Origin: Bacteroidia bacterium
Lineage (GTDB): Bacteria; Bacteroidota; Bacteroidia; Palsa-965
Length of the DNA: 64,000 nucleotides
Direction: 5' to 3'
Assembly: GCA_039918435.1 (NCBI GenBank)
Contig: JBDSHN010000056.1
Span: forward strand, 7,756 to 71,755
The stretch's first letter is position 1; the number at the start of each line of letters is the position of its first letter. The notes under the pieces were generated by a model, which ran no database searches, was not told where the DNA came from, and was given only the letters and a program-made list of their open reading frames with translations. The translations under genes and the position numbers were made by a program. This document shows, piece by piece, positions 38,842-48,060 of the stretch.

Positions 38842-38949
38842 GCGTGAGGGATTGCAGCGTATACCCCGCAGGACGCAGGACGAGGAGTAGCAGCGAAAAG
38901 CCCGGCCTATGAAGTACACCCTGCGTGCGACTTCATGGGCACGCCCAAA
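38842..38949 (+). repeat. MITE/BIME-like structured element, copy 2
   Basis: GCGTGAGGGATTGCAGCG...GAGGAGTAGCAGCGAAAAGCCCGG, hairpin ATGAAGT/ACTTCAT, then CACGCCCAAA. Confidence 0.75.
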
Positions 38950-39047
38950 TTCTTATTTAACTTAATTTCCGCGCTTGACTATTAAAAATTCATCCCATGA
39001 TATGCGCAATCTGTAATACATTTTACCTCTCCTGCTACAGATTCGTA

Positions 39048-39084
39048 TATTCGTATCATTCGTTCCGCGGCGGCGGATCGTACC
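39048..39084 (+). repeat. 37-nt element abutting the dacB start
   Basis: 34/37 identical to 48020-48056, which abuts the nadB start. Confidence 0.85.
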
Positions 39085-39090
39085 AACTTT

Positions 39091-40677
39091 GTGAAACACC
39101 TCCTGAACAAAACACTTACGGTAAAACAAATTGCAGCACTGATACTGTTGCCGATAGTGCTGTTGGGTTCTTTGTGGTCCTTCATGACAAACGGCCAACC
39201 GGTGCTGGAGAAAAATAAAAAAACAGCAGTAAAAGATTCCACCGGTAAAGTCATAGAAGTAGTGCAGCCCGATACTTCGGCGATGGGACTTTTACTGAAT
39301 TACGTGGATTCGCTCAACAATGCTCCTGAACTTTTTGGCGGTGGCTGGAGCTATTCGCTTGTGGATGTAAACGACGGAAAACCGATTGTAAACGTAAATG
39401 ACAATCGTGGTATGATGCCCGCATCGGTGATGAAAATAGTAACTACCGGAACTGCGCTGAAATTACTGGGTCCCGGATTCAGATTCACTACATTATTGCA
39501 ATACGATGGAACCATAGACGCGACAACAAGAACGCTGAACGGAAATATTTACATACACGGCGGCGGCGATCCTGCATTGGGTGCGCCCGCATTTGGCAGC
39601 AGCGTGGATGGCGTGGTAAATGGCTGGGCACAGGCGATAAAAAAACTGGGAATAGACAGCATTGCTGGTTCAATAATCGGCGATGCAGAATCGTATGATC
39701 GTGATCCTGTTCCGGGTGGCTGGACGTGGACGGATATGCAATGCGATTATGGAAATGGTCCGGCAGGATTGAACATCCGAGAAAATCTGTACGATTTATT
39801 AATTACAGCTTCGGGTAACGGAACAAGCATTCGCACTTCGCCGCAGATTCCGGGATTGAAATTGTACAACCAGGTAATTCATAATGCAGCGATAGGAAAA
39901 TCGTATGCGTATGTGATGGGTGCGCCGTTTCAATTTGAGCGGACTGCAATGGGCGAAGTAGCTTCTTCGCTGCTGGAGCATGGTGCAATTCCTGATCCTG
40001 CTTTATTCTGCGCACAGCGTTTGAAATTACAATTGAAAGAATATGGTGTGCCTGTTCGTGATTCGGCAACCACTTTGCGATTGATGAAACTGAATTATTT
40101 GAAATCGGATGCGAAGGAAGGACGCAAAGTAATTACTTCAAATTCTTCTCCGTCACTTTCCGATTTGGTGTATCATACTAACCAGGTGTCGCAGAATTTT
40201 TACGCGGAAAGTATTCTCCGTGCTATTTCATGGAAGACGCGTGGTTACGGATCGACTACTTCTTCGGTAGGCATTGTTTATGAATTCTGGAGAAACCACG
40301 GACTCGACCTGCGCGGCATTTGTATGGTAGACGGCTGCGGATTATCTCGGTTGAATTCTATTACAACGCATCAATTGGTGGAAATGCTTCGTGTGTTTGC
40401 AAAAGATTCTGCAGTTTTTCCGTCGTTCTATCGTTCACTTCCTGTTGCGGGTGAATCGGGTACGATAAGAAAATTAGCAACAGCAACAGAAGCAGCAGGA
40501 AATCTCCGTGCGAAAAGCGGAACGATGTCGCGGGTAAAATCTTACGCCGGTTATGTGCGGACAAAAAGCGGAAAGCTGCTTTGTTTTGCGATGATCGGTA
40601 ATAATACGTTGTGGAGTGAAGTAGCGTTGAGGGATAAGTTTGAGAAGTTGTTTGTGCTGATGGCGAAATTACCTTAG
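39091..40677 (+). CDS. dacB: D-Ala-D-Ala carboxypeptidase/endopeptidase, PBP4 (S13) family
   Basis: PASVMK (SxxK), VSQN (SxN), AKSGT (KxG). Confidence 0.88.
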   Translation: MKHLLNKTLTVKQIAALILLPIVLLGSLWSFMTNGQPVLEKNKKTAVKDSTGKVIEVVQPDTSAMGLLLNYVDSLNNAPELFGGGWSYSLVDVNDGKPIVNVNDNRGMMPASVMKIVTTGTALKLLGPGFRFTTLLQYDGTIDATTRTLNGNIYIHGGGDPALGAPAFGSSVDGVVNGWAQAIKKLGIDSIAGSIIGDAESYDRDPVPGGWTWTDMQCDYGNGPAGLNIRENLYDLLITASGNGTSIRTSPQIPGLKLYNQVIHNAAIGKSYAYVMGAPFQFERTAMGEVASSLLEHGAIPDPALFCAQRLKLQLKEYGVPVRDSATTLRLMKLNYLKSDAKEGRKVITSNSSPSLSDLVYHTNQVSQNFYAESILRAISWKTRGYGSTTSSVGIVYEFWRNHGLDLRGICMVDGCGLSRLNSITTHQLVEMLRVFAKDSAVFPSFYRSLPVAGESGTIRKLATATEAAGNLRAKSGTMSRVKSYAGYVRTKSGKLLCFAMIGNNTLWSEVALRDKFEKLFVLMAKLP

Positions 40678-40688
40678 GTGGAAAAAAA

Positions 40689-40753
40689 CACGGAGACACG
40701 GAGAAATAACCGTGGTTTTTAAAAATTTTGTTGTTTTTCTCCGTGTCTCCGTG
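40689..40753. repeat. Perfect 18-bp inverted repeat (CACGGAG heptads); possible terminator role
   Basis: CACGGAGACACGGAGAAA / TTTCTCCGTGTCTCCGTG with a 29-nt spacer, followed by a T run. Confidence 0.8.
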
Positions 40754-40902
40754 GTTTTTTATTTGAGTTTTGATGATTTTTAATTAGCAGGAACTAATTA
40801 CAAATAACATACTGAAAACTTTTTCGCTCACCAGCTGTATCTTTTTCTTTTTACCGGCATTAGGATTGGCAAATAACGAAGTCGAACCTAATACTTACTG
40901 CT

Positions 40903-42504
40903 ATGGCATCCGGAAAACAAAGCCCAAGACAAAAGATGATCTCGATGATGTACCTCGTACTTACTGCGATGCTTGCTCTGAATGTTTCGAAAGAAATTTT
41001 GGATGCATTTGTGACGGTGAATAACGGATTGGAAAATACAGGAAAGAGCTTTGATAAAGACATTGCACAGCTGTATGCAAAGTTTGACGAGAAAAAAAGC
41101 ATTGATCCGTTGCGCGTACAGACGATGTGGATAAAAGCGCAGGATGCAAAAAAACTTTCACACGAGCTGGGCGCATACATAGAAGAGATGAAAAAAATAC
41201 TGCTGCGCGAAACCGAGGGTTATAAAAACAAAGAGGAAGATACGATTCACCTCGATTTTGTAGAGGGAAAAGACCGCTACGATATACCGACAAATATGTT
41301 GTGCGGCGATTCGGAAGATGGCACAGACGGACAAGCACATGTACTCCGGCAAAAGCTGGATGCATATAAACAAGCCATGCTGAGCCTGCTTCCGCCGGCC
41401 GAACAAGCAGCGATGCATTTGAGCATTGAATCGAAAGATCCTACAGATGGTGGTGAATTCCGCACATGGGAAATGAAAACATTTTACCACACACCACTTG
41501 CTGCCGACATTACCATTCTTTCAAAAATACAGGCTGATGTAAAGGCGGCTGAAGCGGATATTGTGGAAGCACTTTTACGCCAGACCGATTCGGATATTAT
41601 TCCGTTCGATACGGTTGCAGCGCGCGTTATTGCTTCAACAAATTATGTGCTAATGGGAGATACATTTAAAGCAGATATTTTTCTGGCGGCATTTAACAAA
41701 ACACTTAAGCCACAGATTTTATTGGGAAAATTCAATCCTGAAACCGGGAAAATGGATGGGGCTTATGACAGTGTGAACGTGAGCAACGGTATGGGAAAAT
41801 ATTTTGTGAATGCTACACGTGAAGGGATTTTCGAATATGAGGGCGTAATAAACATGACGACGCCAAAAGGAAAAGTGATGCAATACCCGTTTAAGTCGGA
41901 ATACATAGTGGCGCGGCCGGCGCTGACTGTGAGTGCGACGAAGATGAATGTGATGTACGCAGGACTTGAAAATGAAATTTCTGTTTCTATTCCTGGCGTG
42001 CCGAATGAAAAAGCACATGTAAGTTGTGATAATGGAATTCTTACGCCGCTTGGAAATGGAAAATACATGGTTACAAAACCCATGGCAGGAAAGCCTTGCA
42101 ATATCAGAGTGGTGGCCGATATGACAGATGGTACCCAGAAAAATATGGGAGAAATACCGTTCAGGGTAAAAAGATTGCCGACTCCTTTTGCTTCTTTGAG
42201 CGGGATTACCGGTTCAAAAGTTACTGCACCAAAACTTGGTTCGCTGGCAGGAATTGGTTGCAGTTACGGACCCGATTTTGAATTCAATGCTAATCCACAC
42301 GTTACCTCATTTACATACGAGGTTACTGTTAATGGATTTTTTTCCGGACCAGTTCCTGTTAAAGGAAATCTGTTTGATGAAGACGCAAAGAAAAAATTCC
42401 GTTCCCTGAAAAAAGGATCTCACGTTTTGATTGAGAATATTGTAGCAATTGGCCCCGACAATGTACCCGTAACCCTGCCACCGATTTCACTGACGATCAA
42501 TTAA
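40903..42504 (+). CDS. gldM: GldM/PorM-family T9SS motor protein (orphan copy)
   Basis: SPRQKMISMMYLVLTAMLALNVSKEILDAF; SATKMNVMY.G..N.ISVS. Confidence 0.85.
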   Translation: MASGKQSPRQKMISMMYLVLTAMLALNVSKEILDAFVTVNNGLENTGKSFDKDIAQLYAKFDEKKSIDPLRVQTMWIKAQDAKKLSHELGAYIEEMKKILLRETEGYKNKEEDTIHLDFVEGKDRYDIPTNMLCGDSEDGTDGQAHVLRQKLDAYKQAMLSLLPPAEQAAMHLSIESKDPTDGGEFRTWEMKTFYHTPLAADITILSKIQADVKAAEADIVEALLRQTDSDIIPFDTVAARVIASTNYVLMGDTFKADIFLAAFNKTLKPQILLGKFNPETGKMDGAYDSVNVSNGMGKYFVNATREGIFEYEGVINMTTPKGKVMQYPFKSEYIVARPALTVSATKMNVMYAGLENEISVSIPGVPNEKAHVSCDNGILTPLGNGKYMVTKPMAGKPCNIRVVADMTDGTQKNMGEIPFRVKRLPTPFASLSGITGSKVTAPKLGSLAGIGCSYGPDFEFNANPHVTSFTYEVTVNGFFSGPVPVKGNLFDEDAKKKFRSLKKGSHVLIENIVAIGPDNVPVTLPPISLTIN

Positions 42505-42692
42505 CCCCGGCTTTGCCTGAAGCGTTCCTGATTTGATTCGGGAAGCAGGCAAACAAGCACCCATGAGAGAGCAATCTTTCATGGGTTTTTCATTTTCCGT
42601 TTGAATCCTGTTTAATTCAGCTGGGTTACTGGAATTTTGGCTATATTTATTACGGCAATTACATTTTTCAACTTCACATTTATTCATCAACA

Positions 42693-45356
42693 GTGCGACC
42701 GACCCGCCGCATTCTTTTTTTGCTGTTTTCGATTTTTACAATTTTTCCGATTGTATTAACCGGACAATCTTCGTCATGCATTACCGCAGACGCATTGGGA
42801 AGTGATACAATTTGCACCGCGCAATGTGCTGTCCTCTTTTCAAACATCCAGGGCACACGTCAAACCAATATATATGTGTCCAACAGCATTCCCTATACAC
42901 CTTACAGCTTTACCGGCGGAAATCCCGTGCTTGTGAACCTCGATGACCTCTGGTCGCCGCTGGTGAATATCCCTTTCTGCTTCGAATTTTACGGAAATAC
43001 ATATAACCAGCTTGTCATCGGCACAAATGGCGTTATAACTTTTGATGTAAGCCAGGCAAACGGAAATTGTCCATGGACGATCAACGTTGGCGCACCAAAC
43101 GTGGGCTTGCCCTTAAACAGCATCATGGCTCCGTTTCATGATATCATTCCAACACAACAAACAGCAGCAGGACAAACCTCTATCAACTGGCAAGTGTACG
43201 GCACCGCACCTTGCCGCTCGTTTGTTGTGAACTGGAATGATGTTGCTATGTTCGGTAATGGTTGCGGCGCACTTACTTCTTCCTCACAGCTGGTGCTGCA
43301 TGAGAGTACAAACCTGATTGAAATTTTCATCCGCGAAAAATCGGTTTGCGCGGCCTGGAATAATGGCGCGGCAATTGAAGGTTTGCAAAATGCCTCCGGA
43401 ACATTTGCAACTATTTATCCGGGAAGAAATTTTCCAGTTAATTGGTCCGCAGTAAATGATGGTGTTGAATTCAGACCAGCGGGCGGGCCAAATTATTCGA
43501 TTCAATGGCTCGACCCTGCAAACAATGTGGTCGGCACAATGAGTTCCGTACAAGTATGTCCTGCACAAACCACCACGTACACACTGCAAGTGACAAATAC
43601 AACTTGTAATGGCATTCCTGCGGTCATTACAGATACGGTTACGGTTTTCGTTACACCATCTAATCTTACCACAACAGATTCCATTGTTTATCCTGCCTGC
43701 TCAGGCTCATGCAACGGAAGCATTGATCTTTTTCCTGTCAATGGAATTCCTCCTTACGTTTTTAACTGGACCCCTAACGTTTCAAGCGGGCCTTCTGCCA
43801 GTGGACTTTGCGTAGGCACGTATGTAATTGAAATCACAGATGGCTCAGGCTGCTCAAATATTATTGCGGTCAACCTTACTCCGCCACCACCATTTTCATT
43901 GTCAAGTCTGGCAACTCCTTCCATCTGTAACGACAGCACTGGCACCGCGCTTGTAAGCATTAGCGGGGGAACTGCTCCGTTTACAATATACTGGTCGAAT
44001 GGTGATACAACACTATTATTAACCGGGCTTCCGGCGGGATCATATCTTGTATATGTTACTGATTCTTCCGGCTGCCCCGATTCCCTTTATGTTGTTATCG
44101 GACAGATCGGTTTGTCAATGGGTACAACATGGACACCACAGGTTTGCAATGGCGATTGTAGTGCAACAGCAACGGTAACTGTTTTGAATGGGATTCCGCC
44201 TTACACCTATAATTGGCTTCCCTATGGCGGTAGTAGTCCGTTAGCCGATTCACTTTGCAGCGGATTGTTTTCATGTATCGTTTCCGACTCCATAGGATGC
44301 CAGTCTACTGCGGTTTTTCAAATTTCCTCTCCCTCACCAGTAGTCATAACGCCTGCTTCCAATCAAACCATTTGCATCGGAGAAGGAACCACTATTTCTG
44401 CACTTGTAACCGGGGGAACCGCGCCTTATACCTATAGCTGGAATAATGGATTACCGCCTCTTTCCAGTAATTACATTACGCCCACACAAACAACTATTTA
44501 TACCGTTATCGCCACAGACGCCAATGGTTGTACATCCGCACTGCAAAGCACACTGGTAAAAGTTACCAATACACCAGTTCCCGGCTTTTCTTCACCTGAA
44601 GCAACATGCCCGCCCGTGATGGTGAATTTTACGAACCTGACGGATACCGCCGTAACTTATTTCTGGAATTTCGGCGATCCTTCCTCAGGTGCGAATGATA
44701 CTTCTACGCTCTTTGCACCTTCGCACATGTACAACAACGGCGGAAATTATGTTGTAACGCTGATTGCTGTCAATGCTTACGGGTGCACAGATACGATTGC
44801 AATTCCCAATGCCGTGCAGGTTCCGCCAGCCGCACATGCAGGAATAACAGCTAACGCTTCTGCGCTCTCAAGTCTCGATCCGGTTGTGTTTTTGAATAAC
44901 GAAAGTGCCAATTCCGTTTTTTACCAGCTTTATTTCGGCGACGGCGATTCACTCATTACCACCAGCAACGGGCCGTATACACATGCGTATGATTCGCTTG
45001 GTACCTTCACTGTTATGCTCATCGCCTGGAGCGCAAATGGTTGTCCGGATACAGCTTGGCTGAGTATCACCATCGAAGAGCCAACAAGTTTTTTTGTTCC
45101 AAATGCATTTACGCCAAATGGCGATGGCAAGAATGACGTTTTTATGCCGTTGGGAAACAATGTAAAGCAGTTAAGGCTGCTCATATTTAATCGCTGGGGT
45201 GAATTACTTTTCGAAAGCAACGACATGAATCAAGGCTGGGACGGAACTTTCAAAGGCACAAAAGTGCAGGAGGATGTTTATGTGTGGAAAGTGCTTTACG
45301 AAGATAATTTACAGGGAAAGCACGAGCTGATTGGAAGAGTGTCATTGATACGGTAA
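42693..45356 (+). CDS. T9SS type B cargo protein (PKD/SprB-like repeats, gliding-motility-associated CTD)
   Basis: C-terminal FVPNAFTPNGDGKNDVF...IFNRWG...GWDGTFKG...DVYVW; WNFGD PKD motifs; GTG start. Confidence 0.88.
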   Translation: MRPTRRILFLLFSIFTIFPIVLTGQSSSCITADALGSDTICTAQCAVLFSNIQGTRQTNIYVSNSIPYTPYSFTGGNPVLVNLDDLWSPLVNIPFCFEFYGNTYNQLVIGTNGVITFDVSQANGNCPWTINVGAPNVGLPLNSIMAPFHDIIPTQQTAAGQTSINWQVYGTAPCRSFVVNWNDVAMFGNGCGALTSSSQLVLHESTNLIEIFIREKSVCAAWNNGAAIEGLQNASGTFATIYPGRNFPVNWSAVNDGVEFRPAGGPNYSIQWLDPANNVVGTMSSVQVCPAQTTTYTLQVTNTTCNGIPAVITDTVTVFVTPSNLTTTDSIVYPACSGSCNGSIDLFPVNGIPPYVFNWTPNVSSGPSASGLCVGTYVIEITDGSGCSNIIAVNLTPPPPFSLSSLATPSICNDSTGTALVSISGGTAPFTIYWSNGDTTLLLTGLPAGSYLVYVTDSSGCPDSLYVVIGQIGLSMGTTWTPQVCNGDCSATATVTVLNGIPPYTYNWLPYGGSSPLADSLCSGLFSCIVSDSIGCQSTAVFQISSPSPVVITPASNQTICIGEGTTISALVTGGTAPYTYSWNNGLPPLSSNYITPTQTTIYTVIATDANGCTSALQSTLVKVTNTPVPGFSSPEATCPPVMVNFTNLTDTAVTYFWNFGDPSSGANDTSTLFAPSHMYNNGGNYVVTLIAVNAYGCTDTIAIPNAVQVPPAAHAGITANASALSSLDPVVFLNNESANSVFYQLYFGDGDSLITTSNGPYTHAYDSLGTFTVMLIAWSANGCPDTAWLSITIEEPTSFFVPNAFTPNGDGKNDVFMPLGNNVKQLRLLIFNRWGELLFESNDMNQGWDGTFKGTKVQEDVYVWKVLYEDNLQGKHELIGRVSLIR

Positions 45357-45497
45357 CAGAAAAGTGGATGCCGAAAAGGCAGAAACTTATTCTTCACATT
45401 TTTTCTGCAAGTTATTTTTCCACATTTCCACAAAGGCACGGTAAAAAAAATCAGCCCCACCTTCTTTCCTGCCCCTTTTCTTTTCCACCCTTTTTTT

Positions 45498-46118
45498 TTA
45501 AAGCGTCATCGCCACAACTTCCTGCACACCGGGAACCATTCGCTTAAGCAGCGCTTCAATTCCTGCTTTTAGAGTAACAGTTGATGACGGGCAACCGCTG
45601 CATGATCCTTTCAATTGCACAGTCACAACACCATTCTCATACGATTGAAACGTGATCAGTCCGCCGTCTTGTTCTACTGCCGGACGTATATATTGCTCCA
45701 GCACTTCTATAATTTTTGTTTCGGTTTCGTTCTGCGGTGCCGAGTGTTCAGTAAAAACTGTTGTAGTTTGTTGGAACGAAGAATCCGTTGCCACTTCTTT
45801 CACCGGCAATTCTTCAATCACAGGCAAACCTTTGCTCAGGTAATCGCGCAGCACTTCACGCAATTCAAATGTAATATCATCCCAGCTTACAATATCACTT
45901 TTTGTAACAGTAATAAAGTTGGCCGAAATAAAAACGCCCTTTACAAATGGAAATTGGAAAAGTTTCGCCGGCAACGGAGCTTTCGCCGTTTCAGAAGAAG
46001 ATAAATATTGTGCCGTCGCGCCTTCCGTGATAAGCATGTGATTCGCCACAAATTTCATCGACGCCGGATTTGGAGTGCTTTCTGCGTAAATAACTACGGG
46101 AATTGTTTTGGTTTCCAT
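45498..46118 (-). CDS. nfuA: NifU/NfuA Fe-S cluster carrier
   Basis: ESTPNP N-terminal scaffold; IRPAVEQDGG, LKGSCSGCPSS. Confidence 0.85.
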   Translation of the reverse strand: METKTIPVVIYAESTPNPASMKFVANHMLITEGATAQYLSSSETAKAPLPAKLFQFPFVKGVFISANFITVTKSDIVSWDDITFELREVLRDYLSKGLPVIEELPVKEVATDSSFQQTTTVFTEHSAPQNETETKIIEVLEQYIRPAVEQDGGLITFQSYENGVVTVQLKGSCSGCPSSTVTLKAGIEALLKRMVPGVQEVVAMTL

Positions 46119-46122
46119 AATG

Positions 46123-46130
46123 CAAAGGTA
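46123..46130 (-). promoter_or_regulatory. Bacteroidota -7 element immediately before nfuA
   Basis: TACCTTTG on the minus strand, 4 nt before the ATG. Confidence 0.5.
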
Positions 46131-46295
46131 CGATCAAATTCATTTGTAATTATCAATAGTTAACGGGAGGTTATAGAGAATAGTGATAAAGTAATATTTT
46201 GGTAAGAGACGAATGTTGCGTTCTGCTGACACGCAATGGCCGTGTATAAACAAACGCCGCGAAACATATCGCGGCGTTAAACACACACTTACCAC

Positions 46296-46309
46296 TCCGC
46301 CGCGGCGGA
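46296..46309. repeat. 14-bp palindrome TCCGCCGCGGCGGA
   Basis: Exact copy in the nfuA-desaturase intergenic region, next to the hairpin AACGCCGCGA/TCGCGGCGTT. Confidence 0.8.
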
Positions 46310-46443
46310 CACAAATCTCCCGCCTCTATCGTCCAACACAAATCACACTTCACATTCTCCGCCACAAATCGCTCTTCACATTCTCCAACACATCTACAAC
46401 CTTCAATTTTTAATATTTTGAATTATGAATCATCAATTTTGAA

Positions 46444-47550
46444 TTATTTTGATCTCACCGGAATCAAAGCCAACTTCTTTTTCTTCCCAAGCTCTTTCAG
46501 AATTCTTATGTGCGAAGCAAGCGCGTGGAACAAGGTTTTCTTTTGATTGTATGGCAATCCGAATTCCTTTGCGGTTTCTTCTACGATAGGAGAAATTTTC
46601 CTGTAGTGCACATGCGAAATATGCGGAAACAAATGATGCTCTATCTGGAAATTCAATCCGCCAATGTACCAGCCCAGCAAACGGTTCTTTCTCGAAAAGT
46701 TTGCAGTCGTCAGCAGCTCATGTATTGCCCACTCTGTTTCAAGCGCACCATTTTCCGGTACGGGTTGCTCCACTCCTTCTACTACGTGCGCCATTTGGAA
46801 GATCACACTCATGATCAGTCCTGCTGTTAAATGCATGGCAAGAAATCCTAATAAAACTAACCACCATGCAAACGGTGTTAAGAGCAACGGCAAACCTATT
46901 GCAACCGCCAGGTAAAGCGCTTTCGAAAGGATCAATTTAAAATACTCCAGTTTCGGTTTTGCATTCTGCGATTTTGTCAGTCCCGATTTATTGTATTCGC
47001 GCAGTTGGAAAAAATCGCCAACCAATTTCGACAATGTCATCAGGCTGTATAAAAAGAAAACATAGAAATGCTGAAAACGATGAATCTTTTTCAAAGGAGC
47101 TTCATGCGATAAACGAATCACCGCACGCGAACGGATATCTTCATCATACCCTTCAATATTTGTAAACGTATGATGATTCAGGTTGTGCTGCATCTTCCAG
47201 TTAAACACATTTCCGCCAATCGCATACATGGTAGTTCCGAATGTTTTATTCATCCAGCCTTTGCCCGAAAAGGATCCGTGCACCGCATCATGCATTACCG
47301 ACATTCCAACGCCTGCCATTCCTATTCCCATCACCACAGCCAAAATAATCATCAGCCACGCGCTCATCGGGAAAACCAGTATCGCAATAAAAGGAACAAA
47401 ATAAATGGCCAGCATTGCTACCGATTTTCCAAGCAATCGTCCTTCACCTTTTGTAGAAATATTTTTCTCCTTAAAGTAGGCGTTCACTTTCTTTCGCAGC
47501 GTTGTCGCAAACATTTTTTTGTCTGTATTTAAAAACTTAATTGTTTTCAT
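46444..47550 (-). CDS. Membrane fatty-acid (acyl-CoA) desaturase
   Basis: His boxes HDAVH, HNLNHH, QIEHH. Confidence 0.9.
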   Translation of the reverse strand: MKTIKFLNTDKKMFATTLRKKVNAYFKEKNISTKGEGRLLGKSVAMLAIYFVPFIAILVFPMSAWLMIILAVVMGIGMAGVGMSVMHDAVHGSFSGKGWMNKTFGTTMYAIGGNVFNWKMQHNLNHHTFTNIEGYDEDIRSRAVIRLSHEAPLKKIHRFQHFYVFFLYSLMTLSKLVGDFFQLREYNKSGLTKSQNAKPKLEYFKLILSKALYLAVAIGLPLLLTPFAWWLVLLGFLAMHLTAGLIMSVIFQMAHVVEGVEQPVPENGALETEWAIHELLTTANFSRKNRLLGWYIGGLNFQIEHHLFPHISHVHYRKISPIVEETAKEFGLPYNQKKTLFHALASHIRILKELGKKKKLALIPVRSK

Positions 47551-47752
47551 TTTCTTTCTTTTCAGTTTCAGCGTTAGATTATCGCTTCGGTAGTATTAAC
47601 GTCAAAACGCACACCATAGATGCATATTTTGCCCCCCTGTCATGCTTATTTAACAGAACCTAACAGCTTTCCCCAAATTGAGTTTTTTCATTGTTAAATT
47701 CCCGCTTTTCGTCCGGCGTTTAATGCATTTCGTCGATTTTGAATTCTACTAG

Positions 47753-47911
47753 TTTGGGCGTGTCCGTTTTTGTCAGCTATTTTACCGCATGCATGATTCC
47801 TTGTCACAATCCGCTGACAAAAACGGTCGTGCTATACGCTGCAAGTCCTCCCATGAAGTACGCGCTGCGCTTTACTTCATGATCCGGGCTTTCCGCTGCT
47901 ATCACTCACGC
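47753..47911 (-). repeat. MITE/BIME-like structured element, copy 3
   Basis: Minus strand: GCGTGAGTGATAGCAGCGGAAAGCCCGG-hairpin-GAGGACTTGCAGCGTATAGCACG-hairpin (CCGTTTTTGTCAGC/GCTGACAAAAACGG)-CACGCCCAAA. Confidence 0.75.
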
Positions 47912-48019
47912 AATTATTCACTATTACCATCTCTGTTTCATCGGCATCGGTTTGTAAATATTGTCGTTGAAAAAAATCAGATGAAGATTCATTTAATACC
48001 TTTATTATAGCTTCGTAAC

Positions 48020-48056
48020 TATTCGTACCATTTGTTCCGCCGCGGCGGATCGTACC
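48020..48056 (+). repeat. 37-nt element with TCCGCCGCGGCGGA core abutting the nadB start
   Basis: 34/37 identical to 39048-39084. Confidence 0.85.
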
Positions 48057-48060
48057 CAAT

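Noticed and set aside
38601-38919. Short Arg/Gly- or Ala/Pro-rich ORFs
   Set aside because: Products of the GC-rich palindromic repeats, with no coding signature.
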